Shown here piece after piece: positions 1 through 15,100 of a stretch of DNA of 64,000 nt; the stretch's first letter is position 1; each line of letters starts with the position of its first letter. A model generated the notes under the pieces. It was not told where the DNA came from and ran no database searches. It worked only from the letters and a program-made list of their open reading frames with translations. The position numbers and the translations under genes were made by a program. Origin of the DNA: Candidatus Omnitrophota bacterium (GTDB taxonomy: Bacteria; Omnitrophota; Omnitrophia; Omnitrophales; Aquincolibacteriaceae); contig JAKLFP010000002.1 in NCBI GenBank assembly GCA_022711115.1, positions 15,674 through 79,673 of the forward strand, given 5' to 3'.

Positions 1-112
1 AAAAGTCCAGACACTTGCGCCGCAGTATTTCGGGATCGATGCCACACTGAGTGGAATAAGTAGTAAGACGGGGCCCATTACGGCGAGCGACCTTCTCCAG
101 GCCCGCCAGTTT

Positions 113-3100
113 TTGGGGAACGCGAATAGCGGTTTGGTCATGAAGGCCGGCGATATCCTGGCCAATCAGATGGTGAAGAACTGGGATTCCGCGGCGCTTG
201 GGCTGGCGGAATATTATTTGCAGAAGGCCGTGCTGCCCCTTGTCAGGCAATATACCAATGTGGCCAATGCCGGAAAGCCGCCCACGGGGGGTGTCAAACA
301 GAGCGTTCTTGACGTGATCAAATGGGGCCTGCGTGCGCTGCCCGGGAACATGCTCTTTTTCATCACCTACAACCTGCACTGGAACTATTATCCCGTTTTC
401 ATGTATCCCCTGAACAGCGCGGTGGGGATCGACAATTTCGGCCGGCGCCGCCAGGAGATCTTCAATCCCCAGACCCAGGGCTGGGAATCCCTCTACACGC
501 TGGATAAAATCCGGACCGTCAACCGGGATTTCGTCAATGCGCTGAGCGTCAAGATCAATACCACCTATTCCTCGAACGATCCCATTGTGCTCGGCAAAAG
601 CGCGGTGACGGCCAATGTCCTCTCGCAATATACGAACGTGATGGATCAGTTTATGGAAAACTCCGGCATCCAGCTGGACGGGACCCTTGCCGGCGGAAGC
701 TTCTCGTATCAACTGGATGCGCTTCGCACGGTACAAACAGGAGCCATGACCATCGGCGGGGTCACCCAGTGGGGTATTTCATCGATGCAGCTTAAAGCCC
801 TGAACGGAATGTTCGTGTCCGAGAGTTATCTCTGGGGGTCGCAGGGACAGATGATTGGCACGGTTCAGGAAATCAAGAGCAAGTTCGGCGTCCTGACCGG
901 TGTCATGAGTCTTGCGGCGGACGGGAGCCGGACCTACCGGGGTTATTTCGGGACCTTCGACGAGGTAGGCCATATGGTGGAGCTCCTTCAAAACGCGTCG
1001 CGCGATTCAAGCGGCCGGCTGATCAACGCCGAAATGCGCACCGTGTACGATACCGCGGGCGGCCGGTTTGTCTGGACGAACTACAACGATCAGAACGGTT
1101 TTGTCTCCTATGACTCTTCCCAGGTTTTCAGCCATGGCCGGCTTGTTTCCGAAATGAACGGCGTGATCAGCCGCGAAATTGCCGGGAATCAAATTCTTCA
1201 GGCGGTCTCAGTCAAGATGTTCGGGGAAAACGGGGACGTCACTCAGATCCGGAATTACGTGGAAACCAACGGCATGGTGTTTTTTGGGTGGATGGGGACC
1301 TCGACCGTGGAGCAGAACGTGATCAAGATGAAGTCGGAAATTTTCAACGGAATCATGAAAGACAATGAATTGCTTTATGCCGGAAAACTCATCCAGTCGA
1401 CCGGCAGCTGGTCGACCATGACCTTTACGGATTACGAGCGCCAGGCCAACGGCGTTTTTACGGCGAGCCGCATGGCGGATTCCAACCGCGGGCTTGTGGC
1501 CACCGGTGTCCTGAACATCCATAACGAGATCATCACCGCAGACTCCTATTCGGTCGGGGGCATGACCATTACCAATTATTTCAAGGACTTCAACGGTAAT
1601 ATCCACTTCAGCCGTCTTGATAACCCTTCCCAGCCCAGCATCACGAATGGAATCCTAGACAGATTTAACCATATCATCGCCGGCGATTTCATAATAGGAG
1701 GCCATTTATTCACGTACAGCTCGGCTGTCACGGATTTGTACGGAAAAGATGCGTTACAAATCCAAATCCATACCGCAGACATCCTCGTTGACAGTAAATA
1801 TTATGATACGGAGACCGGCGAATTCATCGGATGCGACCACGTGTCTCAAGGCGTTAGTAAGGGCTTTTATGATCCGAGGGTGTTTACAGAGGTTCTGGCC
1901 GTGATGAAAAATAAGGATGGCGAAATGTTCACGGGAATGGCCAAAGAATATGTGACGGATGCGGGTACCAAGTTTCGTATTGTTCAAAGCGGCGTGGCTG
2001 AAATCGACGGAACCTGGACATTGAATGCGGATATGAAGTCGTGGGTCGTGTATACAGATAGTTTGATTAAGACGGTCGAAGCTGACACCGGAAGACTTCT
2101 GCAGATTTATGACCCGTCAACGGGCGTGTCAACGACTGTAGCGAGGGCAGGAACCCTCGGCGCATTATTCGATCAGTGGCCCAATTTGTCCACCTTCGAA
2201 AAAGCTGAGGTAATTGTGATGGGAGCGATTGCGGGCGTCCTTGCTTTCGGTATCCTATCGGCAGTTGGGCTCGCAATGGGCGTTGCCTTGGGCTCTCTTT
2301 TGGTTACCTGGGGTTTGGCAGCCAAGGTATGGTCCAGAAATATCCGGTCCATTGCATCTAATATAAGCGATGACTTGGTGAAGGGTTTAAATACTTTGGG
2401 TAATCTACTCACGTCCGTTGGGACTCTCGGTTTGGGTGGACCGGTGTACAAAGGTATCAGCGGTTTGAAAGTTGCCGCCGGAGTTGTCTTAAAATTGCGG
2501 CCTTCCTTTTTCAGTACTTCTATGACGGGTTTTCTCAAAGGTGTGAGAATCTCCCTCTTTGCTGTGCCGGCTCTGGGGGTAGGTATGGATTATGTGGGTG
2601 GTCAAATCCAGTCCCAGACGCTTCAAAAGTTGGGCGATCTCCTTACGATGGGACTCACACCGGGTGAAGTTCTAGTCATGTGTCCCGCATTTTTCGGCAT
2701 GGACCTTCTGAAAGCTATGAGCACCATGGGCAAGTCCGTTTTCCTGATTCCGGGGTTAGCATTTTTAGGAGGCGGCGCGTTGTATGCCGGATATCAAATT
2801 CGGCTGAGCTGGCAGGAATCAAAAGTTTTTTCGAACCGCACTCCCAATACCATAAATATATTCGGATGGGAAGTCGGACTTTGGGGATCGATAGGGCTGG
2901 GCGTTGGTCTGGCAGTCGCAACCATATTGGGAGTGAAATTCCACCTACCGCTGAACAGGGCTTTCTTTTGGATGGAACACAGCAAGTTAATGAAGCCGAT
3001 ACTTCCCATTTTAGTCAGCAGCAAAAGGCTGGGCCTGGAAGGATTTAAGCTGGGTCTTTTGGGCTCCCCGCTATTTTTGGTTGGTATGGGCGGCGGTCTA

Positions 3101-6100
3101 TTATACGGTTTGATATGGGACCGGGATCATTTGGTGCGAGACATTCTTATTGGTGGATTTGGAACCGTAATCGGTATTTCGCTTTTGGGCGCAACGGCCC
3201 ATGGCTTAGGCCTTTTTGCCGGAACTTATTCTTTATCCATTGCGCGGGGTCTTTCGGGGGGGCGGGCCTTCATGAACGGGATAGCCGAAGCATCCAAGAA
3301 TTTTATGGTGAATTTGACGCGGAGTATTGTCTTTCAGACGAGGTTCGGGATCGGACTTAACGCGGGCGCCGCGGCTGCTAATTTTTTGTTTAATATCGTT
3401 ACCCGGGGCTCCTATAACGATGCCATGATGGCGGCGCTCATAAAAGCCCAAAACAGAGAATCTTTGACGATGGGGGAGTCGATCCTGGTCGCGATGTTCA
3501 ACCTGGGGAGAACGGATATCTCGCCTTTTGAAACGGCGTATCAGAATACGTTCGGGACGCAGATGTTCGGGGTCCCGACCGCGATCATGTTTGCGACCGG
3601 CATTCCTTTGATCTCAAAGGCCATGGAAAGCATCCCTCTTGTGGGCGGTTTGCTTCAGATCGCCAACAAAATATCCGGTGCCCTGCCGAATTATTTTTCA
3701 AGCCGAACCGGAGAGTTCGGGCGTTACGCCTTCGGGTTTATGGATGAAGGCATCCTGGAGCCCATCATCGGATGGACTTTGGAGCAAGTCGGAATCGGCG
3801 GCGCGGAAGGCACGTTCTGGAATGACGTCAATAACATGCTGCAGGAATCGGGCTCGGCCATTGAATCCAATCGCCTGCCCCCGATCTCCCAAATGCTCCT
3901 GTCCGGTGGAATCAAAAGCCTATCCGCTCTTGAAAGTCTTTATGGTTCGGACAATTTGACAGCCATGCTGCGGGAAAGAGTCGCATTCTTGAAGGGGGTC
4001 GATATAGGTACGGTCACAGGAGACCAGGCCAGCCTGCGCGTTCAACTCGGCAGCCTGCTTTTTACCGATTTCTCCAATGCAGCCGCTTTTTCGGATATCG
4101 ATACGATGACGAATTTTGTGGAGGCCCTTGGGATCTCGGAACAAGGCTTGAGTCAGCAGATCATTAGCGGGGCCCTGGCCGGGTCCATTGACCGGACAGC
4201 GGCAACGCGCGTCATCGGCAATATCGTGGGTGTTGCGCCCGGAGCGGTCACCGCCTTTTCCCATGTGATTGCGAGTGCGGTGAACAATCCCACGATCGGA
4301 GCCCAGAAATTTCATGAAGGGATCATGGAACTTGCGCGATTGCTCGTGCATCCCAATATCAATCAGACCCAGATCGACCTGTGTGCTGCATCCATCGGAC
4401 TCGGTCAGAATTTTTATGCCAATCTCGTGAGCCAGGCCCAGGCGGTACCAGGCGCCCAATCCCTGGCTGAAGTTTTTCGAAATTCGGTGGCTTTTCAGCT
4501 GGGTTCTAATGTCAAGGCCATCCAGAGATTTGAAACAGCCTTTAACGACGGGGATTCGCTTGCGGACATTCAGGCCCTGGCTACGGACTTGACGACCAAG
4601 GTGTACGGCAGCTTTATCGCCTTGGAAACCACGGTCGACATTTTCAGGCAGGCCGGACTTCCGGACACTTCGCTTGAGGCGGTCCGTCAGCAGCTCACTC
4701 CCCAAATGTTTATGGAATTCAATTTTTGGAATACGAGCGAGAGGCTCGAATTTTTAAACAGTTTCCTGGCCCAAAATACGATCCCCGGTTTGCCGGCTAA
4801 ATTTCCTGAGGTCGTGACCGCGCTTCAGACGAACGTGCGTCAGAATGCCCCGCTCATAGAAATCTTGTCAACCGTGGGTCAATTGCCTGAAAACATGCGT
4901 TTTGCGGCCATGCTTTTTGTGGCTCCGCAGCTTCAGACGTCCCAATATCAACAACTCAAGGACCTGGTTTCTTTCGTGAATTCCGTCCCGGATCTGGCCG
5001 GGGTGAGCGAGAATTTGACCCTGGATGTAGCGCTGGGCGCGTTACGCACACCCAAAGATTTGGTCTTGGCGGTCCGGGGGCTGATCGGAAAGGCTCCCCC
5101 CGCGACTCAGCAGTTATACGGGGATGCGCTCACAGCGTTTTATGTTCAGTTGTTGATCAGACCTGCCAATTTGTCGTGGACTCAGGTCCAATCCATCATT
5201 ACCAATCTTAAAGTGCAGGGGGATGTGGGCCTCAGTCCCGAGCAGCAGGCGTTCCTCACAAGTGTGGTCAGCATGTCCAATATCCCTGCGGCGGAGCTCA
5301 GTCAGACCTTGAGCAGTTTGAGCGGAGTTCCCGGATCCAATCAGTTGACCGCGGTCCAGCTCGCCCGTGTGACGCATGTGGCTCAGTCGCTTGTGAATCC
5401 GGATCTGACAAGTGCAAATCTTGCAGGGCTTCTTGCCGGCGCAGGCTGCGGCCTGCCGGAGATGTTTGCCGTATTTAATCTCGCGGCAACGACACCCGTC
5501 CTGAGCGGCATGACCTTCATGGATTTTCTGGATTTGCATCACGAAGCGCTCGGTTTGCAGTCGCTCGTGGTATCCGGATTGAATGTTGGATCGGCCCTGG
5601 CGGATCTCAAGCAGGCTTTGCCTCCTGGCGACTCTCCTGATAGTTTGACCATGCCGCAGATATATACCGTGGCTCAGAGATACGCGGCATCCTCCCAGAC
5701 TTCAATCAATGACGTAATGCTCACGCTGCTCAACTTGGTGCAGCCTTTGCCTCAAAATGCGCATCTTGTGGAGGCTTTCATGCTTGCCCAGAGGGTGGGG
5801 GTGGACATGTCCAGCCTTACGGTGGCAAATTTTATGCATCTGAATGTGGAAGCCCATGCGACGCCGCTCCAGGTGTTGGAGTCAATGGGTATGACGGACA
5901 GCAATTCAGCGTTGCTGAGTGATAACGATGTGCGGGAATTCCTTAGTACGGGATTTAGTTCAGCCACAGAACAGGGATTTCAGGCGGTTTTGAATTACAT
6001 CAATCAGATGCCGCAGTTTGTGAATACCCCCATGACGATGCAGGAACTGCTCCGCTTGGTTTGCCTCGGCAAGCCGGTGAAAGTGACGCCCCAGCAGCTC

Positions 6101-9100
6101 CAGGTGTTCAGCCGTATTATGGATTCGTTTCTGGCACTGGGATTTTCAGAGCTACACCTGAATTTCAGCCAGATTCAAACCGTCCTTGCAAGTCCCAGCG
6201 ATCTGGAGGCCTTGAAGGCTCTCAGAAGCATCACCGGGACCGGGAATCCGGCCGTGGATACTTTCCTCGACGAACTCATCACCATCGTTGACCAGCCCAC
6301 CCTTGGGCAATTGCGGGAACTTCAAAGACATTTTGTCGGCGTCCCTCCTCCTGCGCTGACTGATCTGCTTCTCCTGCTTCATTTGACGAGCGCTGCCGAG
6401 CTCGCGCCCGGCGTCGTGCAGCTTCCCCTGACCGTGCCTTTACCCGGCACGAACATAAGCACCATCATGGTTTCCGAGGCCATGCTGGCCCGCATCGCGG
6501 CCAATTTCGAAATCAATCTCACGGACTTGACCGTGGACCAATTGGCGGAAGCGCTCTTCAACGTCAATAATATTCCTCCCACAGCCATGGCCGATCTTGA
6601 GAAGAACATCGCGAACTTCGTGCGGGCCATGGCGGTCCAGACCGGAAAGCCGCAGCCCGTTTTCCCGGACCAAGCCACGCTTGTCCGCGTCTATTTGGCC
6701 AGGGAGCTCCTGCTCGCCATCCGGACAGAGACCGGGGCGCCGATTTCCACCAGTCTTCTCAAGCAGGTATTCGTGCAATTTGGATTGATGAATTTGGACC
6801 TCCAGCTTTTTATCCAGCGCGAGCTGGGCCTGACTCCGGTCGCGGATGTCTCGGGCTTTTTAAGCACCATGACCCGCAACAATTCCATGACCCAGGGTCT
6901 CAACCGGCTTCTTGCCGCGGAGGATACCTTGGTGAATCGACTGGCGTTTGTTGACGCGCTAGGAATTCCGAGGAATTCAGCGCTGGTCGGCGACATCCCA
7001 ACCTTACCGCAGGAGATCAAGGCTTTAGCGCTTCAATGCCTTACGGCCTTAAGCAATATGCCGGAGGGCGCTATCGGGGTCCTTAATTTTGAACGGCTCG
7101 TGTCCAATCTGCTCTGGCGTAACTCACAGCCTGCGGCCGTTCAGAACTATCTTGGAAGCCTTACGGTCTATGAGCTTTCCCAGCTGACACAAACGCAGAG
7201 AGATAATCTTGTAATGCAATTAACTTTTCTGATGGGTCAAGAGCCTAGTGTCCAAGCGCCTATCCTTTCGCGATTGAGTGCCCTTGAAATCGCGGGCATG
7301 ACCAGTCAGGAGATGACGGACTTTGCTGTCCGGATCCAAAGCCTTGACGGTTATCAAACGACGATGCGCCTGATTGTCGCAAATAGGCTGGCCGGCAAAG
7401 ATAATCTGCTGGAGGGGATTTCAATCGATCCAGCTGAGCAGAACTTGTGGAACACGTTCCACCCTGTATTGAAAGCGATGTCCATCAAATCGATCCGCGA
7501 TATCGCGGAGGTTTTTTCTACGGTGACCGCCCGGTCTGTAGCCCGGAACGGATTTAACGCTGAAGCATTCTTCAAGATGCTCATGGTGAAAGCAATGCTG
7601 CTTCAGATTTCTCCCAGCCACGGACTGGGCACCCTCACCGAATTCGAGGTTTTGGAAAATGTTACCGTGCTTTTGAGCGATTCAACAAACTCTCTGGGTC
7701 AGGTCTTCAGGAATTTGGATGTTGTGATCAGTATGGTGGGTCAGCTGACCACCGACGACCTCGCAAGGATGACTCAGGAGCAAATGCGGAATCTGATTGT
7801 TAATCTTTTTGCCAAGGACGGACTGGACAATTTGGCGGCTCACGACAGCCTATGGCCTGTTCTGATCCAGATCCTGAAAGGGAACTATGCCAGTCAAATC
7901 GACACCCAGCTGAATGCGCTTAAGACCTTCTATGACGCGTTTAAAAACAACCAAGAGGTCATGGTCCGGATGTCCCAGCTGGGCCAAGATGCTGCGGCCG
8001 CATTTTTGAACAACATTTTGCTGATCCAAACCGACACTAATCTGGTGCCCCAACTCCTTGATGTGATCCTGCTTACCAATCTGGGAGACAGCGTCAGTCA
8101 AATTACGCAGGCTGGAAACGGATTTCAGGTCACGATGGCAAGCGGGCAGATCCGGTTTGTGAAAGCCGATGGCGCGCTCAATATCCCGAACCAGATCGAT
8201 CTGGGCAACGGATATTCGCTGGCGCAAACTACTTCCAGTCCGGAAGGCCCAAGCACCTACACCATCTCCTCATCAAATGGTATTCCGATTGGAACTCTTA
8301 CGGTTTCAAGCGGGGAGCATCCGGCCATCACACTTAATATTACACTGGGTGGAAACAACGTTCCCGTGACGATTGACGGGGATCTGTCAAGGCTTCAGAC
8401 CACCACCCAAAACGGGAATCTTGTTGTGATCATTCAGTCCGGGTCGGAGATGCGGCGGATCACGCTGGGGCAGAATGGCCAGCAAGTGGTTGAAAATTTT
8501 GATCTCTCTGAAACCGTCACGGAAGCGCCGATGACCCTGCCGAATGAGCTGACTTTTTCTATCGATGCAGATAATATTTTTAGACTGCAGAGCGGTAGTT
8601 TGAGCTTCACCGTGGACGGTCATGAATATGAGATGGAGTTTGAAGGCGGCGTGCTTGCAGAGACCATCCAATTCAATGGGGAAGGGGAACTGGTTTTCAT
8701 GGATGCGCAGGGAGACCGGCATCAGGTGAATGCCCTGGCTGGAGGAAATTTTGTCGAGACCGTGCACCAGGTTTCAGGCGGGATCCGGACGGTGGTGCGC
8801 AATCATACCGGCGCTCCTGTGCAAACCATTGACGGTGTCACGAACGTGACACACACGGCAACCGGTGTGACGGTGGTCGGTCAAAATGCGGTGACGCTCA
8901 CAATCAGCGCCGATTCCAATTCCATGACAATCCATGTCTCCGGGCCGGTCGGGGTACCCGGGCCGGCCGTTCCGCTGGTTGCTTCGAATCTCATGCTTTC
9001 AAACGAAGGAATCGTGATGGGGCTTTCCGAAGACCGCTCCACGCTGTGGATTTCGGCGGGCGGACAAAGCTTTTCCGTGAATACCTCCACGCAGATCATA

Positions 9101-12100
9101 ACGGAATCCACCAATGCCTCGGCCATCGGCTCCACCCTGTATTATGCCCCGGCCGGAGGTTTCATCATTGTCAATGAAACAGGCATCGTGATGGAGATCA
9201 TCGGGGATGTTGGGAACATCCGGCAGGGAGATTTGGCGGTCCCCGTTGCGGCCGATAGTCTGCAGAACGTTCGTCCAAGTGTCATTTTTTATGATGAGAA
9301 TGTGGATCAAGTGACCGGAGTGATCGGAGACACGGGCCCGAATTTCTCGCTGCCTCAGGGGAGTCAAGTCCAAACCATTAACGGCACGAGGATTGTGACG
9401 GCCCATCCTATTCAGGCCGTCGATCTCAGTTTTCACGCAGAGGATTTGATGGGGGCCTTCAATGAACATTCGTTGATGCGTGATGAATTCCCCAATGAAT
9501 GGTTCCAGGGAGCCCTGAATAATATCCGGACAAGGCTCATGAACGGGGAAGAGGTCAGCAAAGAGGAATGGGCCGAGGTCTTGAACCAAATTCTTCAAAT
9601 CAGGCAGCGCGCAGAGGATTATCAAAGGATTCTGGATAGTGTTGAGGCAGATTCCGCAATTCGGGACCGCCTCGGTAGCGCGCTTCTCGAACTTCTGGCC
9701 AAGGCAGCGGATATCAACTCAAGCATGACCTTAGAGGAAATCCAGCGTCTGAACAGGAGATTGCTGGAGGCTTTCTTCCCGCTCCAAATCCAGGCAACCT
9801 TTTCAAATCCAACTTATAGTTATCAACCTGCGGGCTCCAATGCATCGGTCCAGGTCGATGCGAATGGCCAAATTGTCGTGACGGCCGTGACTCCGGCCTG
9901 GAAAGAGATTTTTTTAAGACTGCCGGGCGGGTCGCACTACACGGTGCTGCAGAATGGCTCTGTGGTTTATTCCGTGCAGCGGCCCGACCGCGGATTTAAT
10001 ACGGTCGTGGTTTCACTGGACGGTGTGATGACGGTGAACGGTGTGTCTTTTCTCCTTGATGAAAGTACCCAGATTGCAATGGGCCTGTCAGGCGAGGTGA
10101 TCCTCAATCGCGGTCCTCCGATCCGAATCCTGGATGACGGCAAAGTGACCGTCGGCGGTGGCCTTGTTCAACAAGGCACGGTCGTGCATCTCAAAGACGG
10201 GCAGGCGATCATTTATTATACCGATACCCGCATTATTTCCAATCAGGATGCATCCACCCAAGCCACGCATCCCTGGATTCTGCAAATCAAAGAGACCCGG
10301 ATACCTCTTGCCGCCGATCTTGTTTCCGCTGAAGTCCGGCCGGACGGCAGCGTCATTATTATTGTTGAGGAGGCTAACGGCCTGGTCCATTCTCATCTCA
10401 TTCAGCCGGATGGCAAGACCGCGACGGACTTTGATATCAACGGCATAGGCCCGATCAATCAATCGATCCCCGTCAGCCAATTGCCTCAAACAGGGCCTGC
10501 CACGTCTCCTGCGGTGGCCAATCCGCCGGCTCCGAATGTGACCGTGCCGCCGGTGCAGTTTCCGAATCCTGTTTCAGAGATCGATTTAACGGATCTCTCC
10601 CCTCAGTCTCCCGCGCAGACGCTCCAGATTCCGAACGTGGGAGTGATTACGGTACAAGTCGTCCCGGCCGGGGACGGATCGATCCGGTTTGAAATTGACG
10701 CGACCAGCTTGCTTCAGCCGATCACGCTGCTGCTTCCCGGGATGACGCCCGAAGGCCAGACGCCGCATGTCACGTTCGTGACCGTGACCCCGATCGGCAG
10801 TTTAATACAAGTGACGACGTCTACCCCGGGCAATCCCCAATTCGTCATAACCGAAGTCCCGATCGTGCATATTGAAAATTTAGCTCACCCGGTCAGCGTG
10901 ACGACTCCAAACGGGGTTGTCACCGTGCTTCCCGTGAATCCGGCGCAGGGGACCCCTCCGACGATTGATACTTCGGGCTTGACAGGACCGGTCCAATTGG
11001 AACTGCCCGGCGTTGGCTCGTTGACAGTGACTCCGCCCGCGGATCCGTCAGGCAATTTCACGCTGGGCGACCTGAACTTGACCGCACCAGTCCGAATCCG
11101 TCTTCCAAACGGGACAAATTTTGACATCCCGGCTCAAAGTAATGGGGAAATGCAATTTCCAGGGTCTATCATTATCGGTAATACCACAGGGAAGATCCGA
11201 ATCGATTCGATTGTGGTGAATGCAAACGGCGTGCTTCAGAATCTGTTCATCGTTTTTGGCAATAGCAGGATTACCCTCTGGCCGGGAGATTATGTCGGGG
11301 TGAATATCTGGTCCTCGCCATCCGGGGAAATAAACGGACTTGTAATCAATAATGTTTTCGACACTCAGACCTATTTTTACCGTCCCTTCGGACCCGAGGG
11401 GCAGTTGACGCTCCGCGGCCCTCTGCCACAAACGTTTCTGTTATTACAGGACTCTTTTATACAACATCTCAATGCTCAAAATTTAAATCAAGCGAACCAA
11501 GTTATCGAGGCAATGATCGGGGCTTTGAGCCAGGATGTTCAAAGGCCGGGCGCCCTTGAGGCCATGCGGCATGTGGTTTTTGATGCCCTCGTTCTGCTTC
11601 AGAATCAGCTGATTGCGCAAAGCTTGGTTCCGCAGGCGATTACAAACCTGACGCGCATCATGGTCTTGTTGGGGTCATTGACCCAGGGCCAGCCGTCTTC
11701 GGTTCAGGCGGATATGAAGGTCCGTCTTGCGGGCGCCCTCATTCAGCTGCAGACCCAGCTGGCCGAGCTGAATTTCACACAGCTCCAGAGCCTGAACAAT
11801 GTCTTGACAGAGCTGAACCAAGCCATCAGCGATTTTCTGCGTAATCATCCGGCGCCTGATATTGAGGAAGCCCTGAAAAAAATGCAGCAAGGCATTGCTA
11901 AAGGCATTCTGCGGCATGCACAGGAAGCTTCAAATCTGGACGCGGCAGTCCAAGCGATCGGACTGAACGCCGGAGTCCGCATTCTCAAGCAAGCGCCTAC
12001 GATTGAAGAGATCCAGGGTTTGGTTAAGGTAGCTCAGGCGAACGGACAAGAATATCTGCTCTTTTTCTCAAGCGAGCTGGGGCGGTATGTCCTCTATACG

Positions 12101-15100
12101 AGCGGTTCGCAGTCAGGGGGGGTGACGACCGGATCTCCGGAATTCCGGGATTATCTCCGGAATGATCCGAATGTGTTTGTGGTTGCTCACACGCATCATG
12201 AGGTGCAGGATCCGAGTGATCTGGATCTGAAGGAGTTTGGACAAAGCCGGAGAGACTTTGAATTTATTTTCACGCCGGCCGGAGTCACGATTCTTTACAA
12301 AGAGACCGGCAAGGACGGCGAGATCAAGGTGAATTTCATCCACGTTTCTTATGGGAGTATCCCGTCCGAATTTTTTGGGATCCTGGGCGCGCTGGCCCAG
12401 TCTCAGGATGTAGATCTCGTGGTCTTTATGAAGCTCCTCGGCATGCTGGATCAAAGCCTCGGCGAGAAGACCGTGATCCGGAGACAGTACAATCTCCCGT
12501 TCGGCACCCTGACGGATCTTTTAAAACAGAACGAACTGCCGCGCGTCGCAGATATTGTCAAAACCTGGATGGATACAGGCGGCACGACGCGCGCTGATCA
12601 GTCTCTTGCTCTCAAGGTCCTGACGCTCCGGGCCTTGGTAAATTTCTACGTAGATTACCCAAATAAGACAGTACAGCTGCTCAATCTTCTTCGGGAAATT
12701 TCAAACGATCTTTCTCAGCCTGAGAATTTTTCCATGGTGGATACGGCCCTTCTGCGAAACGTATTGCTCCAGGCCATGAGTTTGTGGAGTCAGGAATTAA
12801 TGCGGGCCCGGACGCAATATCTTTTAGATAACGGACCAAGTGCTGCAAGCCATCCGGCCAAGGAAAGAATCAGGTTACTTGGAAAAATCTTGTTGCAGCT
12901 CAAAAACCTGGATCAGCAGGCGCAGTTGAATAAGAGGACATGGCTTACAAGACTTTTTGCCAGGCCCCAGACCGGACAAGTTGATGCGGAGGAAATTGAA
13001 CTGCTTGGCCTTGGCGCTATCCGCGGCGTCGAAGAAGCAGATGTTGAAGTGGTCCTGTTTGAGGAGAACCAGTCAGATCTGGAATACACACTACGTAGCA
13101 ATGCCTTAAATTTGTTAAAGGCGCAAATGAATTTGGTAGGGCTCAGGGCCCCTATCCATTTCCTGATCGTGCCCAATGCTCAGGCTGTTGAGGCGGATGG
13201 GAGCGTGCTCTATTTTACCGTAGATGATATTACGGGTGTGATCGGTCTGCAGACGAAAATCAGGGATTTTGTTCAGCGCACCGGGATCGGGATTACGGCT
13301 GCTGAAGTGGCTGAAGAAGCTGAGGCGTCTGCAGCGTCTGCAGCGGCTGAACAGGCTGCGGCAGACAAAGCGGCTAAAGAGACTAAACGTGCGGCGCCTC
13401 CTTCGGGATCGGTTCCGACCGATGCGCCTTTGACGACTGCCACGCCCGAGACCGCAGCAGGCTCCACTCCGTCTGTCCCATCAACTCCGGCAGCCACACC
13501 AGCTTCTCTCGCTACACCTGTAACACCGTCCGCTGCTTTGCCCACAGTGGCTGAAATTGGTCAGCAACTGAACCGTCTCCGGAGTCAAAGATCGATGCGT
13601 AGAGAGGAGAATGAAGCATCGAATCGACAGGGGACAAGCGCTTTCACGAATGCCGATGCCGAGACGCTGCGTCAATGGGTTCTTCGCATCGCATCCATTG
13701 ATCAGCAATGTGAAGCCTTGGTGCAGGGGTTGAGTGATGAAGAACTCAAGGTTTTACTTTCCACTGACAATGAAACTCGTCTTCTACGCGGCGAGGCGTT
13801 GGAATTGCGTGACGATCACTCTGCACCGGATTTTGCAGCGCGGGAGCTTGTCAAACGGGGTGTTGTAAACGCTGTCGGCGCTCCCGTAACGCCGGCATCT
13901 CCCACTCTGACCCCCGAGTCAGCGGGTCCAGCTCAGGGCAACGTGGTACCGCCGGCAAAGCCTGTTTCACCCGCTCGTGATGAGGTTGAGGCGCCAAGGT
14001 CAGAACCTCTTGAGGTGGAAGAAATTATGATTCCCGAAGAACCCGCAGAGTCTTTTGGCGGAAATAGAATGCTTCAACTGATTTCGAGAATCATGAAATT
14101 TGAAGCTAAATTGAAAGAGTTGAGAACACAGTGGGAGGCAGCGTTAAAGCAAAATGAAAAGGCCAAACAAGAACAAATCTCTCTACAAGAAATGACTTTA
14201 TTGAGACAACTCAGCGATGAAGTAGAGCCTCTTATTAAATTATTGAGTGAGGATGCTTGGTTTCAGACCGCTATCCAGAAGGAGTTTTTTAGCGGAAGAT
14301 CCGAATATACTTCGCTTGTTCGATTGATGGAACGCGGGCAAGAGAGAGAATTTGTCCAGACCCTCATGGAGGCAACAGCCCGCGGTATGGTCGAATATGA
14401 GGGTGGCAACTTTCCGGCGGAGGAGCAAATCAATAGGATTAGTCAACTATTGCCAAAAGGTGCAGAAGGATTTGCGAGTGACTTTTATCGTGTTGCAAGG
14501 GGTTATTTGGATGGTCTGCGTCAACAAATTGCACAACAGACCCAAGCCCCGATTTCTCCAGCAGCGCCCACAGAGTCTGCGCCAAGAGGTGCATCACCTA
14601 GGACTGAAGTGCGGGGCGGGGATATCAATATTTCAAACCTCGGACCGGGCGCCGCGGTCTCTCATACGACGGCCAACCAGCGGTTTGGACGTGCCATTAC
14701 GAATCAGAAAGCGGCGATCGAAGCCTTGGGGATCCCGGCCGACCGGGTCGACGACTTCCTGGATCTGGGCCAGACGCCGGACGGGGTCCGGGTCGTGATC
14801 CTCAATGCGGAAGAAATTACGGATGAAGAGTTTGACCAGCTTGGCCATGCGGGGCTGACCCGCAATGTTGTTTATGTCCTGCGCCGCGGCAGTGAAAACT
14901 ACTGGCCCGTGGCCGGCCACGAACTTGCGGAACTCACGCTCTGGAAGACCCTCGAATACCAGCTTCGCCAGCAGGGCGAAATCGCCCGCTTCGGAGAAAC
15001 GAATTCTTCCAAGCCCCGGGATATCCGGGCCTGGATCCAGCTTCAAATGCAAACCGCAAACGGAAGGGAACGGGTCCGGAAATATGAAGCGTTCTTCGAC

